Assembly: GCA_000320545.1 (NCBI GenBank)
Contig: ADNK01000512.1
Span: 1 to 64,000, forward strand
Reading direction: 5' to 3'
Length of the DNA stretch: 64,000 nt
From: Bigelowiella natans CCMP2755
Lineage: Eukaryota; Protista; Cercozoa
The notes under the pieces were generated by a model, which was not told the DNA's origin, made no database searches, and was given only the letters and a program-made list of their open reading frames with translations. Both the position numbers and the translations under genes were made by a program. This document shows, one piece after another, positions 1-10,660 of this stretch (position 1 is the stretch's first letter; each line of letters starts with the position of its first letter).

Positions 1-80
1 CACATCATCAACTTTGGGAGCGGAACACTAGCTCTCTCCTCCTCCTCCTCCTCCTCCTCCTCTCCTTCTTTCTTACTATA

Positions 81-81
<1 letters not shown>

Positions 82-128
<47 letters not shown>
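82..128. repeat. (TA)n microsatellite in an intron; representative of other TA arrays at ~1049, ~34845, ~48244, ~58549, ~60819 and ~63008
   Basis: Perfect dinucleotide run read directly. Confidence 0.95.
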
Positions 129-130
<2 letters not shown>

Positions 131-133
131 TCA

Positions 134-850
134 CCTTGATAGGGTAGCCCTTCCAGGTTGCCTCGAATTTCTTCCCCACCTGCGACGCGATTGAGGCCCA
201 TTCCTCTAGCATTCCTGTGAGCTTTTTGATCGCTTGCTTCGAGTGCGTAGCTTGTGCCTGTGATGACGATGACGATGACGATGATGATGATGATGATTGT
301 CCAGCTGTTCCCTCCTTCTCATCCTCCTCCTCGTCGAACATCCCATCATCATCTACATCGTCGTCATCATCGTCATCATCATCATCATCACCACCATCAT
401 CCTACCAGTGAAGTCGCAAAGCCAGAGGATCCCCATAGATCGATAACGTACGTGAAAGAGCCAAAGGTGCTACAGAAGGAAAGGAAGAAAGAAAGACAAA
501 CAGTAGCAAGAGAAAAAACGATTAAGAACAAGAGGGCCAGCCACAACCGCAATGTCCCTCCCCTCCCTTCCTCCCTCCCTAGTGGGTGCTGTATTTAGAT
601 ATGTTCCATGATTGAAAAATGATTGTTTGGGTCTGACTTCTGATCTGCCGTAGCCGTCATCACTCCCGTAGCACCTGTTGATTATTAATTTTTTATATTT
701 AAGAATGTCTTTTGCTATTCACCCGCCCACATCACCACCACCACCACCACCACCATCACCACAACAGAGCAAAGTAGTAGTAGTAGTAGTAGAAGTAGTG
801 AATTTGGATGGTGTGTCTGTGTGCCTGTCCGTCCTGATATCATGCAATGG

Positions 851-884
<34 letters not shown>

Positions 885-1045
885 GGAAGTAGCGAAGAAG
901 AAGCCACAGCAGACAGCAGCATCATCGCTAAAGTATTTGTTGTTCTAATAATCTATTGTTTGTTTTGATTGCTGGTTGTTCATATTCAGGAGGAGGAGGA
1001 GGAGGAGGAGGTAAGTTGCAGAATGATGATACTACAATGAGTTGA

Positions 1046-1087
<42 letters not shown>

Positions 1088-1933
1088 TATACATATTACC
1101 ACTTTGTGCTGGGCTAGGAGCCGCAGAGTATGCACGGCGGCGATCTACGTGCTGTGAATTGATTGCGAGGCGGACATTGCTTGTGCCTCCTGCCTTGTGG
1201 CCCATCGGTGTTGTTGGAAGCGTGCGGCCCGTTGTCGTCGACCTCTGTTAAATGTGTGAATGAGTATGAGTATATGTGATGAGCTCCATGCAATCAGATA
1301 ATCAATTGATGATGCGTTCCTTTTGAGCGTGGTGTGTGTGTGTCTAGGTGTGTGCGTGCTGATTATTTGGGATATACGATAGATGAGAATCAAAACTAAA
1401 ATTGAAATTAGCCGTAGTAGTCTCCAGGGGGAGGCGAAGACCGAGGAACAAGATTTAACAAGAATAAACGCAAAAAGTAGTAAACACATAAATATGAGGG
1501 TATGTTTGATGACGACGCGGCGAAGAGTAAACGGATGACGAGGGGGGGAGATAGTGTTCCCGCCCCCCTCCCTAGCAGCTCCCACCATATAATCTTTGAT
1601 GTCCACAACACTGAGGCTGTATCCATGGGAACCCCCCCCACGAGAACCACCGCCTATATGGCGATTTCTTCCGTACTCTCTTGTTCTACTTCTCGCCCTC
1701 GTATGCTGTTGTTGCATTGCTACTGACGACGACATTGATGATGCTGACGACGACGCTGCTGCTGCTGCTGCTACTGCTGCTACTGCTGCAGCTGCTGCTG
1801 CCTGGCTACTCTTAAGATGATAATTGCCGACGATTATATCATCGTTGGCAAGGTTGCTATTTCCCCTTCCACAAAGTGTTGTCGCCACCCTAGCTCTTGG
1901 TGACGACAACGAACGTAATCTCACGGCATGACA

Positions 1934-1969
<36 letters not shown>

Positions 1970-2098
1970 CACAGTAGAATGAGTATTGTTCTCGTCGAGA
2001 GTCATAGGCGTAGGAGGAGAATCCTCGACGATTTCGAGTGGAAGTATGGACGGTGGGGATGGGGGTGGCGATGACAATCGATTCTCACTTGACTGCAC
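134..2098 (-). CDS. Hypothetical multi-exon protein, probably single-pass membrane anchored; runs off the left edge
   Basis: ORF 1145..2098 starts MQSSENRL, has polyH/polyA runs, then a hydrophobic segment (HTLIFMCLLLFAFILV). Further exon-like blocks with AG/GT edges lie at ~403-472 (STFGSFTYVIDLWGSSGFATSL) and ~136-258 (AQATHSKQAIKKLTGMLEEW...KGYPIK). No family recognised. Confidence 0.45.
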
Positions 2099-2399
2099 GC
2101 AATTCGATAGCCGATTTATATTTTGTCAAAAGCGATTAAAAGGCGGGAAGAAAGAAAATGTATTGCGTCGAGTGGTGAAGACCGTTACCGTGCCACGTAC
2201 CACACAATCCCAAATCATCACCATCATCATCGTCATCATCATCCAAATCAAGTTTCAAGATAGCAGAGGAATTCAAAAAGAATGATAATAATAAGAAGAA
2301 GAAGAGGAAAGATAAAATGATCCAAGCCAATGCCACAAACCATAAGAAAAACAACGTTTATAACAAAACAGGCAGGGCACACAGATGTAGACATTTGGA

Positions 2400-5300
2400 T
2401 AATTCATTTATGCATGGTCCTTCTTGAAACTATTACTACATCTATTACAACTTCTGCTGTATGGTGGTGCTATCATCACCACCATCAATATAATCATCAT
2501 CATCACTACTATCATCGTCGTCGTCTTCGACAAATGTACTACCACACAGCTATAACACACAAAAATAGTGGCGAATTGATTATTACCGAATGGGTAACCC
2601 GTGAGGTGTTTCTCGAGTGCACTTTGGGGGGGGGGGCTGGTGGCTGCTCCTGATTCGATGATTTCGATTCTACAGAGAACGATTTCGAGGCCGAGGCACG
2701 AGTGGGGTGCATGGGAGCGCGCTTCTTTGGCGGCACTGGTGGGCCTGTCTGTTCCTGCGCAAGTGAATATTCAAGATATTCTATCAACGACGAGGAGTTT
2801 TAACATCTATATAATATGTTTGTAAATATGTATGTATATATATTTACGGAAATCTCATATTCACGATGACGGCGACGACAACATGCACGAGGGGGGAATG
2901 GGAAAGGAGGGGTAAATAGACACGTGCATCATCTCCTGCTGGTTTTTGAGGGTCAGGACCTTGAATGGGAGAGGCGGGGGCGATTTTGTTGGCTGAGAGA
3001 TGGCAGGGGGTAATGGGGGAGGACGAGGTGGGGCTTGTTGCTGCGCAGCATTGTTGTTCTGTGGAATAGTAGTGCGGGGAGGCGGTGGAATGCGTGGGGT
3101 AGAAATGGGTAGTGGCTTTGCATCAGTGTGCTGAGCGGGTTCTCCATGAAGGGGGGGAGGGGGCGGAGCTTTAGCAGAAGTGGTATGATGAGGTGGTGGT
3201 GGGGGCGGAGGAGCGTCATGATCTTCTGACGGCAAGGGGGATAATGAGATTGGAGGGGGTGGTTCCTCTGCAGCAGAAGAATCGTCATATACCATGTGCT
3301 CGGGCGGGGACATCAGATCCATGTGTTGTCCTCCTCCTCCTCCTCCGCTAACTGAGTTTATATTATTCTTATGCTCAGTCCTTGAAATCCCTTGGTCTGA
3401 TACGCGTAGCGAAGCTGGCAACGGTGTGGATCCCGATGATATCGACGGAGACTTCGTATCTACATCGCCCATGTTCCCTTCAGTGGGACCTCCACCAATA
3501 GTTGCAGCTGCGGTGGTGGTGTCCCCCCCCGCGCCGTGCCAGAAGTCGCTTGTTCCTTGGGTGAAGATCTGCATATCCGCTTTCGTGTCGATGGCCGCCA
3601 CCTTTTGCTCCATCTTAGTCAGGGTCTCAAGAGCGCCCTCCAGGGATTTGCGCTTGACCTTGAGGTATTCAGTCATGGACTTCTTGAACTGGTCGATACG
3701 CTTAATGTTGTTGTGGCGGATTGTCTTGACAATCTTGGGCATTCTGCTCTCGTAGGCGGCAAGGACCGTGCGGAAGTCAGTGGCTGCTTCGAGCTTACCT
3801 AAGGACGCGTCATCCATAGCACACTGAGCCGCTACTACACGAGCGATCTGGTTTTGCGTCAGCAACGGAGAACCATCATTCTGAGTGATGAGATTTTTCC
3901 TCAGCTTCTTGAAGGCCCCTTTCGTCTGATGTGCGAGGGCTTTCGCACTTTCCAAGCGATTCTTGCCTCGCCCCGTCTTTTTCTCGAGTCGCTCTGCCTC
4001 GCTAAGAAGCAAGTCTATGGAATTCTCCATCTGATATGCAGTTGTGTAGAGGTCTTGGCAACACTGATTCCCTACGGTGCGAACTCCTGCGATTTCTCGC
4101 TCGGCCACAGTCCGAATGTGGCTCTTGAGCGCCGCCCACACATCATCGATAGATGTTGAGGTCGCGTACGACTTGAACGATCCGAGCGTGCTCTTGTACA
4201 GAGTCAATTGAGCCTTAGCAAACTTTTCTTCGTGGGCCTGGGCGTCCTTGAAATACTGAACAAGGGAGTTGAAGTAGATGTTCTGCTTACGCGAGTGGAG
4301 GGAAAGCGAATGGAAATGCTGGGAGTAGAGTCGTTTCTCCTTGAAGAATTTCATCGCCATCCTTGACATGTCGATACGCCGGTCAGCATTATCCCGTGTC
4401 TCCTCCGCCTCAGTAACAAGTCTTTTCGGTTTCCGTACCGGAAGCATAAGGTTGGGGTCTAAGCTGGGGAAGGTGAGGTATTTGTAGCGCTTGTTGGGCT
4501 CCAAGCCGGTTGATGTTGGTACCATCGACACTTCAATGCTGTCAGGCCTATGGTCTTGAGAGGTGTCGGATAAAAACGGCGATTGCTTGCCGTCGTGCTT
4601 ATCGATCCACTCGTCGAAAAAGAGGACCTCTAAGTTATCTGTCTTGTTGGAATACTCGTACCGCTCGTCCACAAAGCATTGGAACATCTGTGTTTCCATG
4701 ACCTCCCGCAGCCAGTCGCACTTGTCAGGGTGTTCTGCGAGGAACTCCTCCTTCTTGAACTTCTCTACGACTTCTTCTGAAGGAGCCTCAACGTACTTCT
4801 TGTAAGATCTGAAGAGCTTCACGAAGAATCGTAGGAAGGTTTGCTCCACATCGCTCTCATAACGCTCGCGGAAGGTTTTCTCATCAATCGCACCGGGGCC
4901 CAGCGGCTCGCTCGTGTCGCTGACCACCTTCTTGAGGCCTTTCATCAGCCGTGCCTGGAGCTTGTCGGTGAGTGAATTAATTTCATCTCCTCCCTCATAC
5001 TGCAAGACTTTATTCTGGTGAAGCTCGACTTGGATCACGCCTTTTTGTTCAGTTCAGAATAATAATTAGTCAAAAAGTTCGTTTCAACATAAAAGATATC
5101 ACCAATTAGTCAAAACGAGGTGGAGGAGGAGAGGTAGAAACCAAATAGATCATAAGGAGGGAACAATCACCGTCAAGAAGTTTCTGGTCTGGCATGGCCT
5201 GCTCTGTGACCCCCATGATGTAGGGAAATGGGGCACATACTCTCTCTAGGAGAGGCTCCGGCACGACTGGGACATAGATGTGCCTCCAGATCATCGGGAA

Positions 5301-6559
5301 AAGCAGACTTTTAAAGGTCTCAGCAGCTATACACAGGTCTTCCACGCGATTTGATACGAATAGAACCCGACGTTCATTTAATATGCAAGAAAAAACGAGG
5401 ACGATGTTCTCCACCGATAAAAGACGAAAAAGATGGATGAGGGAGAAATCGCGCAAAGGTAGCTTGTTGGGTGCGGGCCGCTTGAAGCTCACTTCTTTCA
5501 TCTTCGTTCCTGTGCCCTCCTCCATGAGATTTACTTTAACATTTATCCTTCCACGTGGTGGGAAAGGAGTTTCGAACATGAAGTTTGCGAGAAGGCGCTC
5601 GAGGGGCAAGAAAGAACCATTTGTTTTACTGGAATTCTTGAACACGTTGTAGATATGCTGATACATTAAGGAAGTGAGCTGGTTGGCATTGGTATCTCTC
5701 AAGAAAAAAAGAGTAATACCTCCATAAAAACACTAAACTGCTGGAAGAAGGGCCAGTGCGAGACCAAACAGATGCATTTGGGCACCCAAACTGCATTACC
5801 TAAAGTGAGGTCGATATATTAGAGGAAAGCTTTGGGGGTAATTTGACTCGTTTTCGTTTTCTACAAATCAAATTCTCTCAATTTATGCTGCAACATAACC
5901 TTCTTGTTTCCCATCTTTCGATATCCTTTGATGCTCGTAGAATGTCAAGCAAGTGCAGAAAAGTTGAGTCCCACTCACTACCATATTAAATGGTGATTCT
6001 TATAAGACGACGCCGTTAAATGGGCTTAACAAAATTATATCTTGATACAACATATATATCAACCTTCTGTTAGCACAAAGGAAAACTTGACAAGTTTTTG
6101 TTCTGGTGGGGTTGTTTCCACGCGCAGCCCGTTATTAAAGCAAAACTAAGGGTAGAATCATGTATTACGAGAGATACCACAAATCTACGGTAAGAAAATA
6201 TGAACCATGTCAAGATTTTGGGGAAACTCCGCATCCTTGTGATCCCCAGCTGGAACTTTATCTAGCACAGCTGACTTCAGTTTCACATTTGAAATCCCAC
6301 TCTCCCATGTCTCAGGATCTGAGGTATGAGGAAAAAATGAGGGCCACCGAATCGGTGAGGAAGTTTTGAGTCTTGGATGCTGTTATTTTGTTACAACCCT
6401 AGGAAAATCCCTACAATCGAGAACGGGAAATAGTTCCCCACGTCTCATTTAGAGTGCACCGAATGTCTCTCATCACACCGAAATTTTGTGGCTACCGGGA
6501 AGATCTTGGTCCGGATCCAATCCGCATACGACGAAATAGTCCGCCACCCGAGATGGCAT
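2400..6559 (-). CDS. DENN-domain protein (uDENN/cDENN/dDENN, Rab GEF family) with a C-terminal F-BAR-like helical domain and a proline-rich tail; 3' end approximate
   Basis: ATG at 6559 gives MPSRVADYFVVCG (uDENN start). Short exons give FSFVLTE, VWVPKCICLVSHWPFF, LFRLLSVENIVLVFSCILNERRVLFVS...LLFPMIWRHIYVPVVP...APFPYIMG (cDENN) and FLRFFVKLFRSYKKY...ETQMFQCFVDER (dDENN). Large exon 5040-~2930; further Pro-rich exon ~2600-2755. Confidence 0.88.
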
Positions 6560-7110
6560 CCAGAATGATGCTTTTTGTCCCTATTTCCCTATATTTGCCC
6601 TAGTTTCTCCCTCGAAACTTGGCCGACCGGGGGGGGAAAGGCGAAGGAAAGATTTAGATGGATGATTCGCCGCTTTTCAATGTTGCGATGCAGACGAAGA
6701 GGCTGAAAAGGAAAGGGAATATCTTTCTACGACATCAAAAATAGAAATCGTACAACCTAAATCTCTAAGCATCCTTCCAACATTGCTGCCAACGAAGACA
6801 ACTGCTATTCTGAGCCCCAAGTCTTTGAGATCAAAATCCTCCAAAAAGCGGGATGTACCCAAATTGAGGTAGTATTTTGTATGCGACATATCTAGGATGT
6901 GTAAAGAGAGACAATTAAGCGCTGGCATCCAGTGGGATTTTTGAACGAGATTATTTTTTTCACTTTCTTAGCTTTGCAAGCCTGACGTTCGATATTTTTG
7001 GTGAGGATTTCAAGAAAATAACATGTAATTTATCAACAACTTCGTCTCATTCATGTCGCTTGTATAAAATCCATTGCTTTGCACTAGCATTTCGCTCATC
7101 AAGCAAACAG

Positions 7111-9181
7111 GCAACCTGTCTCAGCCGACGAATACTCGTAGGAGTGCTCCCGTCCTGCGGAATTATGTCTGCTTGCACGTAGCGATAGAGACGGTTTGAC
7201 CGTACAGGTAATAATTTATAGTGGTTTCTAAAGATAGCAGCACATATGAGAGTGAACCAGTTTGAAAAATTTTCGCCGGTTCCAATTCAATCGTTTAGTT
7301 AAGAATTTTTTTCTGGCAGTGCAAATGATCCAAGGTTCATCCAGTGGATTCGTGACCCTTACGCTGTTTGTCGATGCTCACAAAGCATCGATTGAGAAGA
7401 ATCAAGAATTTGGGAATGACGTGGGTGAGGATTGACACATCCAGAATAATGGCAAAGCGATGTGGAATCCACTTTCCCATCGCTCTTACACGAGTTATTG
7501 TATGAAAAAATAATCGGTGTTATAGACCAAGATGTACCCACGTCCACACGTCTTTCTAAATGTAGATGCGAATTTGTACATGTTGGAATAGACAGATTTC
7601 GTGTAGCTTGCTACATTATGAGATTAATCAAAAATGTTCGATGAATTCTAATCGTCGTCTACTCTTTTCAATTCAGCATTGAGATCCACAGAGATACAGC
7701 GAGTGAACAGTGTCCTTTTTCTTTGTCTTGCTGGTACGGATCGATCGGCAGCTGCGATGGGTTGGCTACGTAAGCTGTCGCCCGTGACTGTGACTGAAGC
7801 AGCAGCGCTCTCGCCGCATTTTTCGGGTGCACGTCCATCGACAGAGATGGAGCGGCTTGCTCAGGAGAAGGGAATTGCCCTTCAAAATCATCGGGCCAAG
7901 AAATATTCTATGGAGCAAGTTGGCAAAGCTGACCTCATTGTCTTTTTTGAAGTGGCAGACTTGATAGACTTCCGCGAGGAGCATCGTGATCGAAGGGATA
8001 TCTTGAAAAAGACGCGTCTTCTTCTAGACTATTTAGGTGAATCTGCAGGCCATAATCGGGCTTTAGCAGATCCACATTCCTACGGAAACCACCAGAAATG
8101 CTTCAAGATGATTGAAACAGGTACATACTCCCAGAATATACACATTCGACGGGATCTCTACAACCACAACTGCCCTACTCAAGGCTCCTCACTCTATATA
8201 TGGAGCATATGCGTAAACAATTGCTGGACAAGACGGAAGACAGTGCTCTGACACTTTACTTTTAAGATGCTCATTGCATCTTTCCCCCCCTCTAGAATGG
8301 TCTGATTATCGTCCTTTAGATGATGAATTCCCATGCCATTTCAGGTGTTCGCGCTATGATAGAGAAGGAGAGGATTTATCAAAGTGATGAAGGCATGCTT
8401 GATATTCTGACGAATATGAAACAAGATATGAAAGTATTGGTGGCATCGAATCAAAATCTCGAGAAGCGATTGCAGGTCCTGCAATTAGTTCTTACATTAA
8501 AGTCTATATTACACAATTTGTATATGTATATGTGTCTGAACACGCAGACTACGAGAAAGGAGGCCAGTAAAGTGCAAAAGTTGCAATCTGAAATCAAGTC
8601 CCATGCCATGGTAATTGTTGAGCTTCGTATTAAACGTCGGAGTGGAATGCTTATGATCTCAAATATACTCGTTGCAAATATTCTATCAGGTTGTAGCCAA
8701 ACTGGTGGAGGACAATGAAAATATTCAGGGTCGACTAGTGGAAACGGAGCGTAACAATTCGCAGCTGCATGTAAAATTGGACCTAAGCCGAAAAGAGGTT
8801 ATGTCCAGTACTTTCAATCACTTTCAATTTCACTAGACGACGAGTGATTTCTCTAGGTTTGCACGTGGAAGAGTAAAATGAAGGAAACGGAAGCACTGCT
8901 GAATTCAAAGGAAAAAGATGTATAGCTCGAATTTGCAGATCATAATACAATTCTTATTCAAAAGTATATTTTTTAGTGTAAGGATCATGTGGATGAAATC
9001 CGTCGATTGAACAAGAAGCTCACTTCGTGCATCGACAGGCTGAAAACTGAGATATGTTCAAGGAAAGCTCTGGTATTTTTGTAAAATAATCACTTTCATA
9101 TCCAAGGCAATAGAAAGCTCCTAAAACCTTGATTTATAGGAAACTCGGGTTGAAGAACTTCTACACCATAGTGGCTACTGA
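7111..9181 (+). CDS. Low-molecular-weight protein tyrosine phosphatase (LMW-PTP/ArsC fold) domain protein with a C-terminal coiled coil; 5' exons uncertain and may begin ~6680
   Basis: VLFLCLAGTDRSAAA (CX5R P-loop), G-I-x-L-xx-HRA, ADLIV and the distal DP motif (ALADPHSYG) lie in exon ~7678-8120. Short GT-AG-bounded coiled-coil exons follow, ending ETRVEELLHHSGY* at 9179-9181. Confidence 0.72.
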
Positions 9182-9457
9182 TACCAGAATTGATGGAGGA
9201 TCAGCACGAAGAAACTATGGAACACATGTAACTTACAATGATGAAAACACATGTAAAATGTTGCATAGCCACGCTACATGCAAGATCTGCATTTGTCGCT
9301 GATCTCCTCACTTTATTTAGCTACATTGCACACTGCAGATTGTTAACTTACCATGGTTTCGGGTGTAAATGTTGAGAAAGGAAACAACAAAGCACATTCT
9401 GATGTCACCATGGTGCAACGCAGCATGCCAGCATGCAGATCACGTCATCCAGGTGTA

Positions 9458-10660
9458 GCGTCATGGCGTCAGCGTGTGCCAACAATCGGAACAACAATGC
9501 AGGTGTTGCATTGCATGTCCAGATGTGCCCGAAACATGACGTGCACACGTCTGCATGCACAATGAGAACAGACCCGAACATGCTTGCGCCTTGCAAGATC
9601 TGGAGCGATCTGGCGATGCTGGTCACACTTGGTGAACCATCGTGACAAGACCAAACTTGGTTCAACTGTCCATTTTTGTGCTTTGTGCAACGCGCTGGTG
9701 CGATGTTCGGATGCGTGCGCAACACGAAAATGCCTGTCTTGCCAGCTTGCACACTTGTGACACATTGCGTGCCAGCGTGTGCGATTTGGCGATGGAAGAT
9801 GCGAAGATCGCACGATTGGACAGGTCGCACGCCCAGGTTGGTGCTCCAGACTGGTGGACGCGTGCACTGATGTGCAGGAAAGAAAGAGGTGTTTGTGCAC
9901 GGCCAGGTGACAGAAGAGGACCCACACCGTGGACATCACCACGCTGGCACGGTCATTGAGCTGAACAACGTGTTTCAGACAACAAAAAGAATCCGAACGA
10001 TTCCGGTGCCCAGGCAGTCGTTCGGATTCTTTTTTGTCCTGCAACACCAGAAACGTGTTTCTGGGCTGTGAAGAGATTGCAAACTTCCGAGCTCGGGAAA
10101 GAAGCCTTTTTGCTTGGAAATCGTCAGCAATGTTGAAAAGCACACAGCTTGACAGCCAGGCAGCTCAGAGCGGATGGGGTCACCCGCGCCAGCGCGGAGC
10201 AAACACTTGCAAGTCAGGCTGCAGGTGCGGAAGCAAACAGAAGCAAGTCAACAAGTCACAAAATGCAGCGCGTTTTGAAGTGCATGAAAGAGTGATTTTT
10301 TGCATTCAGATCACATTGAACGATGCAGCGAGGTCATGCCCACTGCCCCGCTCAGGTTGACGAGCTCGTCCTCTCCTGCTTTGTGTGGCATGCCCATTGG
10401 CACAACCAGAGCGTCCCCACCTGCGTCTGGCTCGTCCCCGCCTGCTTCCGTTGGCATGTCCACTCCCCCGACCAGAGCGTCCTCGTCCATGCTTGGACTG
10501 AGCTCGCTCTTGCCTGTTCTCGTTGAACTCGAAAAAACACTTCACTGGCAAAGTGTCGCCGTCAGCCTGTCGTTGATCGCCGGGCTTGAAGTCTGCTGGC
10601 ACAGAAGGTTTGGCCAGATCAATGGAAAATTCCAGACACACTGCCTGGTGATCGCTGGGG
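9458..10660. other. TpA-free tract (hypermutated intergenic or relic element sequence, overlapping the 3' end of the EEP ORF)
   Basis: Manual scan found no TA dinucleotide between the TA at 9456-9457 and the TA at 10661-10662. Listed ORFs confined to the tract contain no Tyr. Confidence 0.9.
9984..10034. repeat. Perfect 17-bp inverted repeat (hairpin) with a 17-nt loop
   Basis: aaaaagaatccgaacga (9984-10000) is the exact reverse complement of tcgttcggattcttttt (10018-10034). Confidence 0.9.

Noticed and set aside
217-2000. Short ORFs with polyD/polyM/polyH/YIYI/SLSL runs here and throughout 32-45 kb and 56-60 kb
   Set aside because: These are translations of intronic microsatellites or antisense frames, not independent genes.
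5040-5171. Apparent frame break in the DENN gene suggesting a non-canonical intron
   Set aside because: An upstream GT donor (GAC G|gtgatt) spliced to aag|GC restores D-G-V-I-Q-V with a canonical intron.
9353-10540. About a dozen overlapping ORFs in all frames, suggesting a compact element or overlapping genes
   Set aside because: Explained by the absence of TAA/TAG stops in TpA-free DNA; the translations have no recognisable motifs.
9458-10660. TG/CA excess as 5mC (CpG) deamination or fungal-type RIP
   Set aside because: CpG is plentiful here and TpA, the RIP product, is the missing dinucleotide.
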